Source: a virus (lineage: Duplodnaviria; Caudoviricetes). Taken from it: a DNA stretch of 51,736 bases. Positions within the stretch are counted from its first letter, which is position 1. Every line of letters begins with the position of its first letter. The DNA lies in IMG/VR virus record IMGVR_UViG_3300017913_000476, positions 1 to 51,736 of that record. One strand, given 5' to 3'. The translations under genes and the position numbers were made by a program. Under the pieces are notes generated by a model that worked only from the letters and a program-made list of their open reading frames with translations, was not told the DNA's origin and made no database searches. This document shows, piece by piece, positions 1-9,897 of the stretch.

Positions 1-70
1 TATCGTTGCTGGAAATTGTCCTTGCATCACCTGTTCCGAGGTAGACTAATAACAAGAACACATGTTGCAC
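1..70 (-). CDS. partial small hypothetical protein (MQHVFLLLVYLGTGD..., runs off window)
   Basis: Hand translation; GTG at 70 overlaps the stop of the upstream ORF; hydrophobic N-terminus. Confidence 0.45.
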   Translation of the reverse strand, partial: MQHVFLLLVYLGTGDARTISSND

Positions 71-237
71 TAGCTTACGGTAAATTTACCGCCCTGTGTT
101 GCGGCACCCATACCACGGCAAGAGCCGCCATGCTTCATGCCTTTGGCCTTACCACCGTACTTCATGCCATATGGTTTCTTCTTTTTCATTGGTGGTTTAG
201 TAATCTGATTGTTCATGTTAACGCGACCAATAGTCAT
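70..237 (-). CDS. small basic Lys/Gly-rich protein, 55 aa (not in ORF track)
   Basis: Hand translation MTIGRVNMNNQITKPPMKKKKPYGMKYGGKAKGMKHGGSCRGMGAATQGGKFTVS; ATGA overlap with the 234..434 stop. Confidence 0.7.
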   Translation of the reverse strand: MTIGRVNMNNQITKPPMKKKKPYGMKYGGKAKGMKHGGSCRGMGAATQGGKFTVS

Positions 238-434
238 CTTACCCATCCTACAAATAAATGTGCGAGGGAACCAACGACTCCCCCAATAGCTACCATAAGC
301 CAGAAGGCACCCTTCCAGCGATTTGCCTGTGCCTTAAGGTCAGAGACCTCTTCATGCACATGACGAACCTCATCAGACAGCGTCTTGATGCGTTCCTCTA
401 ATCTCGCTAGGGTGACCTCCACAGACTCAGTCAT
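234..434 (-). CDS. small coiled-coil protein with C-terminal TM helix (possibly lysis-associated)
   Basis: Heptad N-terminus LARLEERIKTL plus hydrophobic C-terminus; coupled to neighbours. Confidence 0.7.
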   Translation of the reverse strand: MTESVEVTLARLEERIKTLSDEVRHVHEEVSDLKAQANRWKGAFWLMVAIGGVVGSLAHLFVGWVR

Positions 435-652
435 GACCGTGTAGCCCGTGTTTTTCCTGTTTGTGCCAAACCGTCAATGTTGGTTGGGCCACCATCTTTA
501 AGACCAATACCTTTTAGAAACGACTTGAGTTTGCCATCATCCATCTTTCCAGAGATGAGGCCATCGTCTTTATTTTCTTTCTTTTGCCTTTTAGTGCCGA
601 ATGTTTTTTGTAGAGACTTCATTACCTCATCGGCTTTTGCTTCGTTTGCCAT
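431..652 (-). CDS. hypothetical basic virion-module protein
   Basis: Translationally coupled; ends LKDGG...DGLAQTGKTRA, a motif typical of marine podovirus small proteins. Confidence 0.65.
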   Translation of the reverse strand: MANEAKADEVMKSLQKTFGTKRQKKENKDDGLISGKMDDGKLKSFLKGIGLKDGGPTNIDGLAQTGKTRATRS

Positions 653-990
653 TAGTACTTACCCTTCTTGCCTTTAGGTGGTGACTTCTTTGAGCCACCT
701 GAACCCGCCCAAAGTTGTCTGTTAGCCCAATAAGCGGCAGACATTTTACCCTTCTTGATGTTGGCACCATGCCTTGCTTTGAATGATTTTCGTGCGGCAG
801 AAGAGTAGTTATGACCATACCCCTTTGCTCCGAAGTGAATGAGTTTTACCTTATCCCCTTCTTTAGCAAGGACCATACCCTTCTTGCCCGGACGGTCAGA
901 ACGGCGGGGCTTATTGAACCCCGCAAACTTTTTGCCTCTATACTCTATCCCACCTGATGGCAGTCTTTTAACACCGGGGTACTTAGACAT
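652..990 (-). CDS. conserved basic phage protein (DUF5754-like)
   Basis: IHFGAKGY...RKSFKARH...KMSAAYWA motif. Confidence 0.7.
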   Translation of the reverse strand: MSKYPGVKRLPSGGIEYRGKKFAGFNKPRRSDRPGKKGMVLAKEGDKVKLIHFGAKGYGHNYSSAARKSFKARHGANIKKGKMSAAYWANRQLWAGSGGSKKSPPKGKKGKY

Positions 991-998
991 ACCCCGAC

Positions 999-1283
999 CT
1001 ATGCGTGGAAAAGAGTTACTGATGATACGTTTGTAACGTCAACGTACACGTTAGTGCCGAACTTAATGCCGTCACTAGGAATTGAAATCGACTGGCTTTC
1101 ATCTTCCCCAGACCCTGCGGCTGGAGTTGTGATGTTTAAGAGAATCGTTCCTGTAGAGCCACCGTCTCTCAGCTTAACTGAACCAGCAGTGGTAGCACGA
1201 ACAAAGTACATACCCTTTACTCTTGCAGGATGATTTACTGCTACACCATCAGCCGAAACTGTTGTTGCGGTGATATCAGACAT
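999..1283 (-). CDS. small beta-rich virion protein
   Basis: SD GGAGG upstream; lies downstream of the capsid terminator. Confidence 0.75.
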   Translation of the reverse strand: MSDITATTVSADGVAVNHPARVKGMYFVRATTAGSVKLRDGGSTGTILLNITTPAAGSGEDESQSISIPSDGIKFGTNVYVDVTNVSSVTLFHA

Positions 1284-1300
1284 TTATTCCTCCGAATAGC

Positions 1301-1332
1301 AAAAAAGAAGGGCGAGGTTTCCCCCGCCCCTC
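1301..1332 (-). terminator. intrinsic terminator after major capsid gene
   Basis: Minus strand AGGGCG-GGGGAAACCT-CGCCCT followed by TCTTTTTT. Confidence 0.85.
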
Positions 1333-1339
1333 TAGGTGT

Positions 1340-2269
1340 TTAGGCACCCGGCGAGCCGTAGTAGGCAAGCGGGTCTGAGTAGCCAAAGCTGTAACGCTCG
1401 CGACCTTTGTAGCGAACATTACCAGTTTCGAAGTCGCCTTCCATTGAAGTCTTCATTGGAACGCGGACGAAGTGCTTAAAGCCATTCGGGATGTCTGTAC
1501 CCAAGAACCATGCATCAACGTCAGTCAGGTAGTGATTAACCATGTAACCACCCGGAATTGCTGACATTGAACGAACTGCATTGATGTCGTTCTTAGCAAA
1601 CGTACCATCGCCAGTACCACCAGCAACAGTCGAGAGTTCGGACTTCATCAGGCGTTCTGCAACGAACTGAAGGTCAGACGGAATCACCAGCTTGGTAGGA
1701 CGGGCGGCAATCTTGAGGCCACGCTCGTCTGTCCATTTGCCGATGGCGATGATGCCAGCTTCCAGCGAAGTTTCGTTCAGGTCAACTGCTACTGACGGAC
1801 GGTTGCCGTTAGAGCCACCGTTTACCAGTGGGTGTGCAGTGTTGAACAAAGTCACGCCGTCCCCGCCAGTCTGACCAGTGAAGCCAGAGTTGAACAGGTC
1901 TGCGCCTTTTACTTCTTTAGTGTGCTGGAACGCACGAGCCAAGGCTTTGGTGTAACGTGCAGACAGAGAGTCGTACAGGTTATCTTCAACAGCTTCTTCA
2001 GTGATGCTGAAGCCCATTGCCATTGTTTCGTGTGTGTAGCGGCTTGTGTAGGCTTCTTGTGCGTCATCATAAGTGATGGCGGCACCTTCGTCCTTCACAG
2101 GAGCGGCTCCAAAGCCACTCAATTTAGTTTCCTCTTCAAAGGAACGCTCTGAGTTTTCTACCTCAAAGCATGACCGCCACTCTTCTGGGTAGCGGGCGTA
2201 CTCCATGCCGAACAGTGCATTCAGACCCGGCAGGAGTTCTTTCATTAGCTGTGCGCGTGCAATAGCCAT
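1340..2269 (-). CDS. major capsid protein
   Basis: MAIARAQLMKELLPGLNALFGMEY start and RERYSFGYSDP end typical of this marine podovirus capsid family; follows scaffold. Confidence 0.92.
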   Translation of the reverse strand: MAIARAQLMKELLPGLNALFGMEYARYPEEWRSCFEVENSERSFEEETKLSGFGAAPVKDEGAAITYDDAQEAYTSRYTHETMAMGFSITEEAVEDNLYDSLSARYTKALARAFQHTKEVKGADLFNSGFTGQTGGDGVTLFNTAHPLVNGGSNGNRPSVAVDLNETSLEAGIIAIGKWTDERGLKIAARPTKLVIPSDLQFVAERLMKSELSTVAGGTGDGTFAKNDINAVRSMSAIPGGYMVNHYLTDVDAWFLGTDIPNGFKHFVRVPMKTSMEGDFETGNVRYKGRERYSFGYSDPLAYYGSPGA

Positions 2270-2281
2270 TTTACAACTCCC

Positions 2282-2875
2282 TTATGTAATCGTGTCTGTA
2301 GTCAGCACGTTCTCAGCCATGTTCATCATCACAATGATGTCTGTGTAGGTGTCACCAACAGATGAACCAACACGGTCAACAAAGTCTACGATTTTGAACA
2401 GTTCACCACCGACAGATGCAGTTGATGCATCAGCCTGAAGACCAGAGTTACCAGTCGTGGTTGAACCAGCCTGAGTTTGTACAAGGTCGATGGTCAGGCC
2501 AAGTTTAGCTTGGTCCAGCGCACCGTCTGCTTGAACTTCGTACAGAGTGAATGGGTTAACTGCAACAACCGCATAGATGTCATCTTTTGCGATTGAACCG
2601 GGGTAGTACTGGCTGTGAGTCATTTGACCAGTGTTCGGGTCTGTGTAAGAACAGCCCAAGAAAACACCAATCGGATTCACTTCACCAGCGGCTGTTTCAC
2701 GAACGATGTGACCATCATCGGAACCAGTTGTGGCGGCGAGACCTACTACGTCACCATTGAAGATTGCCGTTGCATAGTTGTTCTTGATTTTCAGAGAACG
2801 TGTTGAGCCAGCAAACGGCATACCCCCAAGGAGACCAACAGGCTTCAGGCCGCGAGGGGCTGAAGTAGTAGACAT
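2282..2875 (-). CDS. capsid-associated (decoration/minor capsid) protein
   Basis: SD AGGAGG; conserved position immediately upstream of the capsid gene. Confidence 0.7.
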   Translation of the reverse strand: MSTTSAPRGLKPVGLLGGMPFAGSTRSLKIKNNYATAIFNGDVVGLAATTGSDDGHIVRETAAGEVNPIGVFLGCSYTDPNTGQMTHSQYYPGSIAKDDIYAVVAVNPFTLYEVQADGALDQAKLGLTIDLVQTQAGSTTTGNSGLQADASTASVGGELFKIVDFVDRVGSSVGDTYTDIIVMMNMAENVLTTDTIT

Positions 2876-2921
2876 TAAGTCCTCCTAGTCCAAAGGGTTT
2901 AACTTAGCCCCTAACCTCTTG

Positions 2922-3395
2922 TTAGGAGCCTTTTCCGAAAGATACCCGACTATTACGCTCTGGGGCGTTAATCGGCATCCGTGGGTTGGATTCCCTCATA
3001 AGCTGGTTATCAACGGAAGTAATCGCCTCAGTAGACTGACGCTGATAGTATTCGTTGCGTTGACTCGCCATGCCTTCGGGCATCCGGCAGAGAAGCAATC
3101 CACCAACTTCGATGTTACCTTTGAAGCGAGGGTTCGGGTCCAGAACAAGATGTTCCATCTCAGGTGCTTCCGCGATTGGAACTGCTTCCCACCCCTCACG
3201 GAGTTTCTTGGAATAGTTCATCGGGTCGTCTTGTCCCTGAGTACTAATGCGAACCCACTTAAATGCGTAACCATCTTTTGGAAGAGGGTCAGGTAGCATG
3301 TTAGGTGGAGACCAATTTTGTGGGCGTAATTCCTGTTCACGCTTCTCAACTGAACGAGGGGTACGAGATGCTTTTGCTGTATCAGACATTTCCAT
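2922..3395 (-). CDS. conserved head-module hypothetical protein
   Basis: WVRIS...KLREGWE...IEVGGLLLCRMP motif; between scaffold and capsid. Confidence 0.8.
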   Translation of the reverse strand: MEMSDTAKASRTPRSVEKREQELRPQNWSPPNMLPDPLPKDGYAFKWVRISTQGQDDPMNYSKKLREGWEAVPIAEAPEMEHLVLDPNPRFKGNIEVGGLLLCRMPEGMASQRNEYYQRQSTEAITSVDNQLMRESNPRMPINAPERNSRVSFGKGS

Positions 3396-3400
3396 GCCTC

Positions 3401-4270
3401 CTATTTATCAAGCGCAACAAACTGCTTTGCATATTCCTCAAGAGGAACACCCAAGCGTTTCGCTACGGCCACCTGTGAAGGTGAGAGTCGGACTTTCTTT
3501 GAACGGCCACTTTCGTTGCCACCCGGCGTAACTACAGTGTTACGATAAGAACCACCCGTGTCCTGCGGGTCATCCTTAAACTTGTGAGGGAACTCCTCTC
3601 GCATACGCTTGTCGATGGCTTCGTAGTAGGCATCACTACTAATCTCTACGCCACCCTTCACGACTTCATCGTGAATTGCATATGCCGCATTGGTCATGAC
3701 GGAATCATTGTTGAACCATGTATTCCGACTTGCCCATTCCACTGCCCGTTGGTCGGGTGGTGGTGCGATGGGTTCCATCTCTTTATAATTGTCAGGAGAG
3801 GCTTCCTGCTTCATCGCTTCCAGTCGAGAGGTCTGAGATGTTGCCTTGAACATCCGTTCCTGTGCTTCGACTAGTTCGTCAGAATTGCCTTCCTCATATG
3901 CTTTCTTATAGTCAGCCTTTGCCTTCTGGATGTCTGCCTCGATTCGGGCTTCCATCTCTGACACAGATGATGTTGAAAACTCTTGCGCTTTTTTGCGTAA
4001 GCTATTGTTTTCGTCCATCACCTTTTGGGCGACTTTGTAATATTCGTCTCGTTGACGTTCAGCTTCTCGCTGTTTGTGAACGAGGTCGTCTATTCGCTTT
4101 TGGAACTTTGACGGCTTCTTTGCGCTTCCTGATTCTTCAGTCTCCGCTCCTGCCGCATCCGCTTGAGTTTCTCCAGTTCCGTCTCGACCTTCGGTTCCGG
4201 TGTCTCCACCTTGTCCTTCTTCTTCGACTTCAACTTCCAACTCATCCTTAAACTCTTCTTCGTTTATCAT
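3401..4270 (-). CDS. capsid scaffolding protein
   Basis: Acidic coiled coil with C-terminal VRLSPSQVAVAKRLGVPLEEYAK; position between portal and capsid. Confidence 0.85.
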   Translation of the reverse strand: MINEEEFKDELEVEVEEEGQGGDTGTEGRDGTGETQADAAGAETEESGSAKKPSKFQKRIDDLVHKQREAERQRDEYYKVAQKVMDENNSLRKKAQEFSTSSVSEMEARIEADIQKAKADYKKAYEEGNSDELVEAQERMFKATSQTSRLEAMKQEASPDNYKEMEPIAPPPDQRAVEWASRNTWFNNDSVMTNAAYAIHDEVVKGGVEISSDAYYEAIDKRMREEFPHKFKDDPQDTGGSYRNTVVTPGGNESGRSKKVRLSPSQVAVAKRLGVPLEEYAKQFVALDK

Positions 4271-4644
4271 GCCGTAGCCCTCGAAACTTTGGTTGGGTCA
4301 TCTACAACAGCGAGGATAGCGTCATCATTCATGATACGCATCTCAGTGCCGTCATACTCAAAGCGATGTCCAGCGTACTTGCTGACCATCACCCAGTCTC
4401 CTTCTTGGCACCACGGGCCAGAAGCAAACCTAGCGTCTGTCTCAGGATAACAGGTATCCCCGACAGAAATAACTTTACCAACAATCGAAGCTACGTCTTC
4501 ACGACTTTTAACTTCTCCGGGTAGCAAAATGCCACCTTTGGTTTTTTCATCTACCTTTGGCATCACAATCAGAATGTGATAGCCCTTTGGCTTTGGCGGG
4601 TTGTCAGGTACAACAACCGCACCCGTACTATAGACGGATGTCAT
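4267..4644 (-). CDS. groES: co-chaperonin GroES (Cpn10)-like protein
   Basis: KTKGGILLP mobile loop, GKVISVG, KYAG, IMNDDAILAVV. Confidence 0.9.
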   Translation of the reverse strand: MTSVYSTGAVVVPDNPPKPKGYHILIVMPKVDEKTKGGILLPGEVKSREDVASIVGKVISVGDTCYPETDARFASGPWCQEGDWVMVSKYAGHRFEYDGTEMRIMNDDAILAVVDDPTKVSRATA

Positions 4645-4687
4645 GTCTTCTCCTTTAGCTTACTACAATAGCGGTCAAGCTAGGCCG

Positions 4688-4894
4688 TTAATCCTCTTCG
4701 CTGGAGAGGTTGAGAAGGTTCAAGAGTTCCCTCTCTGCGATAGCCAAACCTTCGATTTGGCCTACCGTTCTTTGGTATTCTTCAAAACTTTTTGCAGAAC
4801 CGAGTGCAACATTATCAGTTAACTCGTTCATGTAAACTCGGATAGTCTTGCGGCACTCGTCCGCAAAAGCATGAACAGATGCGTCCATGTACAA
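4688..4894 (-). CDS. hypothetical protein
   Basis: SD AGGAG; EEYQRTVGQIEGL motif, usual between portal and groES in such phages. Confidence 0.75.
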   Translation of the reverse strand: MYMDASVHAFADECRKTIRVYMNELTDNVALGSAKSFEEYQRTVGQIEGLAIAERELLNLLNLSSEED

Positions 4895-4946
4895 CTCCTT
4901 GTATTTTATTTATATCACACGTTAAGTGGTCAATGCGTCAAAATCT

Positions 4947-7286
4947 TTAACGACCCCTCTTAAGTAGGTCTGCTTCGATTTTTGCCGCCGCGATTTCACG
5001 CTGTTGCTGGAGTCGTTCTCTTTCGAGTTGTGTACGCATATTGGCCTTCTGAAGTTCTACCTGTGCATCTTGGTTAGCTTCTTGTGCCTTCTGCTGAATC
5101 TTGGCCTGTTCAATCTGGAGTTCGGCCTGTTGTTGTTGAATAACAGGGTCTTGTGCCGCTTGCATCTGCTTCTCCAGTACTGCTTGCTGTTGTGCCTTGC
5201 CAGTAATCTCAGCCGCCGCTTGTGCCGCTTGAGCCGCAATGTTCATCTCCTCTTGCTCTGACAAGCCCTCTGAGTCTGGAGTCAGGTCAGGCAAGTCCAT
5301 ACCGATGAGTTCTTGTGCCTCGTTGCGATACTTGTGCGCCATATGTTCCGAGATGTGTGCAGAGATAATCCCTTGAATTTGTTTAGCCATTGGGTTCTGC
5401 TGTAGGCTTGGGTCTTGCATTAATGCCATGTGTGCCGCAATGTGGCTGTCATGGTCTTGGTATGCGTACACCTTGACTGGTGCGCCAGCCATTGCCCGTG
5501 CATTCTCTGATACTGGGTCAAACGCAGGAACATCCGTTGGGTCAGGGATAATATCAGTTACGTTATCAATACCCACAGTACTGAGGAAAGACCTGTGAAG
5601 TTTACGAAGGTCATACAACTGCGGTGCCTGACCAGCGGTCTGCATAGCCGCTTGCTGTTGCATGATGCGCTGTGCAAAGCTAGTGGCATTCGGGTCAGAA
5701 ACTGGAATGATATCAACGCGGTCATCAAAGTCTGAACGTGCAATCAGCGGGTCTTCCCCCACCTCATATGGATATTCAGGCATTGACTCCTTAATGATAT
5801 TTGAAAGAAGTTTGAACTCACGCCGCAGGCTGTTATGTAGTCTAGCGTGTACCGCAGACATAACTTTCATAGAGCGTTCAATCAGTGCGATGGTAGTACC
5901 TACTGGTGCTTCTTGGTTACCCTCACCAATGTTCATGTCAGCGATTGACGCGATACGGCGGCCCTCGTCAACCAGCACACCCATAAGCTGGGCTAGTGTA
6001 GGAGAAGGCTCCTTGAATGGTAAGGGTAGGATGTTGTCCCTAATCGCACCGCCGGGCAAGTCAATATCTCTGAACTCGCCGGGTTCGATTGGCCTGTCGT
6101 CACCCTTAATCCGCAAGCCACGCGCCTTAAATCCAGCAGGAAGGTTGGCGAGTGTGCCAGCGTCAATAAGCTGGCGCAGGATTGACGTAGATGATTTGGC
6201 AATGGAACCAATGAGATGGATAAGACCAAACCCATAGAAGCCCAGACCGGGCTGGAACTTGTAGTGTACAAAGTGTTGGAACGGAGTGGCTAGTGGGTCA
6301 CTCTCTTCGTAATTACGCCGAATTGATAAAACGGTATCGCTTGACTGGTCGATTGTGACGACATAGGGGAGACTGAGTCCTGTTGGCTCTCCATCTTCTC
6401 CGAGGTGTTCAAATCCGGGGAGGTCGAGTTCAACGTGCATTTCGAGGAGAGTTCTGACATCTGTTTCTGAGACCTCCGTAACTCCTGTGAGTTCGTTGTA
6501 TTTGGTCTGGATGTCGTTTCCTTCATCAGATGGGTCTCCTATATCTACGTCACGGTAGAATCCATTGAGTTGCATCCTGCGTACAAAGTTATCACTCTTA
6601 CGCATTACATGAGTGTATCGGGGGGAAGACTTCAGGTCGTTAGTCTCATAGCTAACGACAAAGTCTTCAGCGGGAACAAAGATACTATCTGGTCTCTGGT
6701 GCTGTTGGTCATAGTAGACCTTTCGGAAACCAGAACCAGCCAACGCTGTCTTGAACAGAAGTTGTTCTGTAGATGGGCGGTATTCTTCAATCTCCTCTGT
6801 CAGGAGATAGTTCATGTAGTCCTGAACCCTGCGGGCTTGTTCTTCTCGTTCCTTGGTCTTGTTACCAATGACCGTTGTGCGGACAGGACCGTTAGGTGGG
6901 AAGATTTCCATCATTGCCTGTGAGACAAATCGAATAACTGCCTCACTAAGGATGGGATGTGATACGCCAGTGGCACCGTCAAAAGGAGTCGTCCGTTCTT
7001 CAATCTTGACCCCAAGTAGGTCTAAGCCATCAATGTAAGCCTCTTCCCATTCTCCACGGGAAGCACGGTCTTCATCGTATGCCGCCATAAGGTCTGAGGA
7101 AAGGAGAGAAAGTTCAGACTCTTCCATGTGTTCGGCTAAGTTGGCATTAAACGCTACCTGAGGCTCTTCTGACATGGGGGTGAAGTCCACTACGACACCA
7201 CCATCTTCGTCATTTATAATAACCGCATCTGGGTTAACGACACCTATCTCTAGGGTATTGTCCTGTTGGATATCATCTTCTTCCAT
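4947..7286 (-). CDS. portal protein
   Basis: 779 aa directly after terL; GFYGFGLIHLIG...RQLIDAGTLANLPAGFKARG; Gln-rich barrel C-terminus. Confidence 0.92.
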   Translation of the reverse strand: MEEDDIQQDNTLEIGVVNPDAVIINDEDGGVVVDFTPMSEEPQVAFNANLAEHMEESELSLLSSDLMAAYDEDRASRGEWEEAYIDGLDLLGVKIEERTTPFDGATGVSHPILSEAVIRFVSQAMMEIFPPNGPVRTTVIGNKTKEREEQARRVQDYMNYLLTEEIEEYRPSTEQLLFKTALAGSGFRKVYYDQQHQRPDSIFVPAEDFVVSYETNDLKSSPRYTHVMRKSDNFVRRMQLNGFYRDVDIGDPSDEGNDIQTKYNELTGVTEVSETDVRTLLEMHVELDLPGFEHLGEDGEPTGLSLPYVVTIDQSSDTVLSIRRNYEESDPLATPFQHFVHYKFQPGLGFYGFGLIHLIGSIAKSSTSILRQLIDAGTLANLPAGFKARGLRIKGDDRPIEPGEFRDIDLPGGAIRDNILPLPFKEPSPTLAQLMGVLVDEGRRIASIADMNIGEGNQEAPVGTTIALIERSMKVMSAVHARLHNSLRREFKLLSNIIKESMPEYPYEVGEDPLIARSDFDDRVDIIPVSDPNATSFAQRIMQQQAAMQTAGQAPQLYDLRKLHRSFLSTVGIDNVTDIIPDPTDVPAFDPVSENARAMAGAPVKVYAYQDHDSHIAAHMALMQDPSLQQNPMAKQIQGIISAHISEHMAHKYRNEAQELIGMDLPDLTPDSEGLSEQEEMNIAAQAAQAAAEITGKAQQQAVLEKQMQAAQDPVIQQQQAELQIEQAKIQQKAQEANQDAQVELQKANMRTQLERERLQQQREIAAAKIEADLLKRGR

Positions 7287-7295
7287 AGCTAATCC

Positions 7296-8807
7296 TTAAT
7301 AGTAAGGTGTTCGTCTTGGCGGTTGCCAATAGGTTTCTTCTTCTTCAAAGTCATTGTATAGACTGAGAAATCCTCCCTGCCTAAACCTCATCAACGCCAA
7401 GGTCGTGCAGTCCACAAGGTCGTCATGCGCTCCATTAGGGAACGCCGCGCATTGTTCAACCAACTCTTCAGCCCATCTAGTACATGGATGCCATACAATA
7501 CCGTTAGCGAAGATGTCAGTAATTGAGTTAACCCTCGACATTTTATCTTGACCGCGACTCGGAGTGTAATCAGTGACAGGAATGCCTGATGCTCTAAGTT
7601 CTTGTATAAGCGGTAAACCCGCCGCTTTTGCTTCGATAAGATATCCGTCAGGTTCATAAGCATAGTAAAGTTCCAATGCCCGGTTCTTGAGTTCCGGGAA
7701 CTCCAGTTTCTCATTGACTGCGTCAAGTAAGATTATGTTCGGGACTGTCTGCCCATCCTCGTTTGGATGATTGAAAACGCCCCACGTTGTGATAGCCGAA
7801 TAGTCAGACCTTGCATTCTTAGTGTGTGCTGTATCTATCGACTGAATAATGTAGTCACATTGTGGCGGACTGGATTGTCTCCACTCCTTCCAGTATTCCC
7901 TTTTGATTAGCGCACCCTCTTCGGAGGTGGGCTGTTGCTGATACTGCGCTGACCATTTGGATATAGGCAGTTCAGCTTTTAGGGCATCCAACTCCTCTTT
8001 ACTCCAGAAGTCAGGCCACAACGGTTCGCCATCTTCGTACATGGCTGGAAGTTCAATGACTTCCCATTTATCAGAACCCTTACGTTCTTCTGATGACTGT
8101 AGGATTTGACCAGTCAGGTCAAGTTGATGCCACCTAGTCATCACAATAATAATAGCACCTCCCGGCTGGAGACGCTGTCGAGGACCAGATGCATACCACT
8201 CGTACACGCTATCAAAGTAATCGATAGACGGACTGATACCAGCAGTTTCAGAATGTGGGTCGTCAATGATAAGCAAGTCAGCACCACGACCTGTCATGGC
8301 ACCGCCCACACCAACGGCGAAGTATTCTCCGCCACCAGATACGTCCCAACGCCCTGCGGCCTTTGAGTCAGCTCTCAGGGATACGTTTGGGAAAACCGAC
8401 TTGAATGTTTCTGTATCGATAAGGTTACGAACCTTTCGACCAAATCGCACGGAGAAATCAGCGGTGTGGGTTGCCGCGATTATCTTCTTGCTAGGGTCTT
8501 TGCCCAACATCCAAGCGGGAAGGAGCCATGAAGTCAATTCTGACTTACCGTGACGAGGAGCGATGTTGATGATTATTCGCTTCAACTCGCCATTTGCTAC
8601 CTTCTCAAACTTCTCCGCCATAATGCGGTGATGCGGACCTTCGATAAAAGAAGGCCACATAGACCTTACGAAGCCAAGGAAGTCATCCTTCGCACCTTCC
8701 AACTTCTTAGCTTCAGCCCATTTAGCTAGGGCTTGACTGACTGCTTCGTAGTGTTGAGGTGGAAGTTTATCTAGGTTTTCTAGTATATTGCGAGCAGACG
8801 CTTCCAT
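7296..8807 (-). CDS. terL: terminase large subunit
   Basis: Walker A APRHGKS, Walker B LIIDD, nuclease motifs SIDTA and HDDLVD. Confidence 0.96.
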   Translation of the reverse strand: MEASARNILENLDKLPPQHYEAVSQALAKWAEAKKLEGAKDDFLGFVRSMWPSFIEGPHHRIMAEKFEKVANGELKRIIINIAPRHGKSELTSWLLPAWMLGKDPSKKIIAATHTADFSVRFGRKVRNLIDTETFKSVFPNVSLRADSKAAGRWDVSGGGEYFAVGVGGAMTGRGADLLIIDDPHSETAGISPSIDYFDSVYEWYASGPRQRLQPGGAIIIVMTRWHQLDLTGQILQSSEERKGSDKWEVIELPAMYEDGEPLWPDFWSKEELDALKAELPISKWSAQYQQQPTSEEGALIKREYWKEWRQSSPPQCDYIIQSIDTAHTKNARSDYSAITTWGVFNHPNEDGQTVPNIILLDAVNEKLEFPELKNRALELYYAYEPDGYLIEAKAAGLPLIQELRASGIPVTDYTPSRGQDKMSRVNSITDIFANGIVWHPCTRWAEELVEQCAAFPNGAHDDLVDCTTLALMRFRQGGFLSLYNDFEEEETYWQPPRRTPYY

Positions 8808-8850
8808 ACATACAAAATAACACTAACTTGTGGCTCAATGCCTATATTTG

Positions 8851-9183
8851 TTAGCGGTTGTCTCCAGAGCCTGAAAGAGTACCCTTCTCCTTGCGGACTC
8901 GTAGCTTCTCTATGTTGGCGATTGCGATTGACTCCAGACCAATGTCAAGGTCTGAACAAATCTGTGAGATGTACCACAGTACGTCACCCAGTTCCTTACG
9001 GATTTCCAAACGGTCATGTTGTGAGAACTCTCCGCCCTTATCGCGGATAATCTTTTTAATCTTGTCTGCCACCTCTCCAGCTTCACCAGCCAGACCAAGT
9101 GTCGGGTATACCACGGCATACTCAGTTGGGTAGATTGCTGTCTCGCGAGACTTCTGCTGATACTTATTAAAGTCCATCATCAT
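8851..9183 (-). CDS. mazG: MazG-like nucleoside triphosphate pyrophosphohydrolase
   Basis: LGLAGEAGEVADKIKK...KELGDVLWY. Confidence 0.9.
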   Translation of the reverse strand: MMMDFNKYQQKSRETAIYPTEYAVVYPTLGLAGEAGEVADKIKKIIRDKGGEFSQHDRLEIRKELGDVLWYISQICSDLDIGLESIAIANIEKLRVRKEKGTLSGSGDNR

Positions 9184-9299
9184 GGCTTAAACTTCCTTCC
9201 TCTAAAGAATACTATTAGGTTCACCACAGTATTAATGGTAATCGCTACCAGAATCCACCATTGCCACCACAGTAAATCTAACCCACTACATTCTATCAT
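9180..9299 (-). CDS. 39-aa Trp-rich membrane peptide (not in ORF track)
   Basis: Hand translation MIECSGLDLLWWQWWILVAITINTVVNLIVFFRGRKFKP; ATGA overlaps at both ends. Confidence 0.75.
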   Translation of the reverse strand: MIECSGLDLLWWQWWILVAITINTVVNLIVFFRGRKFKP

Positions 9300-9649
9300 T
9301 GACTCGTAACTAGCTGACTCATATCTATTAATGCGCCAACGCTACGGTGTCCATCTCCGCCTTTGGCATATTTCTTCTTCTTCACCGCCTCATCGACTAA
9401 AGTCTTCAGGCGTTCTGTGGGGATGATTATGGTACAGATGTCGGTAATAAAAGCCCATAACTCCGCCTCGGTTGTGTAGATGCCAGAGGATTTACCGTTA
9501 CATTCAAACTCCACATAGACCCTATTGGTCTTGTGTGCTATGAAATCACGCTTCACCTCTATTGTATCGCCCTCAAGAAGTCCCCCCAACCACCTTTCAG
9601 CTTCCTGACCACGTTTCAAATCGTAACGAAAGTCAGTACAATAGTGCAT
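9296..9649 (-). CDS. PD-(D/E)xK-like nuclease-fold protein
   Basis: DL..G..AE...IEVKRD...VYVEF motif; start reassigned to the TAATG overlap at 9649. Confidence 0.65.
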   Translation of the reverse strand: MHYCTDFRYDLKRGQEAERWLGGLLEGDTIEVKRDFIAHKTNRVYVEFECNGKSSGIYTTEAELWAFITDICTIIIPTERLKTLVDEAVKKKKYAKGGDGHRSVGALIDMSQLVTSQ

Positions 9650-9897
9650 TACTTGTCCATCTCCTCTATAAGCCAGTCGAGGTAGACCCTGCACTTCTGC
9701 AAGTCCTGTACCCCGTTCTTATACCTGAACCTCCAGAGATACTTCATGGAGTTTCCTTGGCAGTAATAAGAAAAGCCCTCTGGACCGAGGGCGGCACGGA
9801 TGGCTTCGATGCATTCAATCCCTGCCTGATTATAGTGTGATGGCTTGTTGACCAAATCAGAAGAAGAAGTCTGCATCTTTTTTGCGTTCTGCTTCAT
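9649..9897 (-). CDS. DUF3310 (SaV/gp1.7-like) protein
   Basis: VNKPSHY...IECIEAI...GNSMKYLWR..YKNG..DLQK; start uncertain (9897 or 9930). Confidence 0.8.
   Translation of the reverse strand: MKQNAKKMQTSSSDLVNKPSHYNQAGIECIEAIRAALGPEGFSYYCQGNSMKYLWRFRYKNGVQDLQKCRVYLDWLIEEMDK

Noticed and set aside
5662-6237. Long antisense ORFs over portal and other structural genes
   Set aside because: Shadow frames produced by codon bias of the real minus-strand genes
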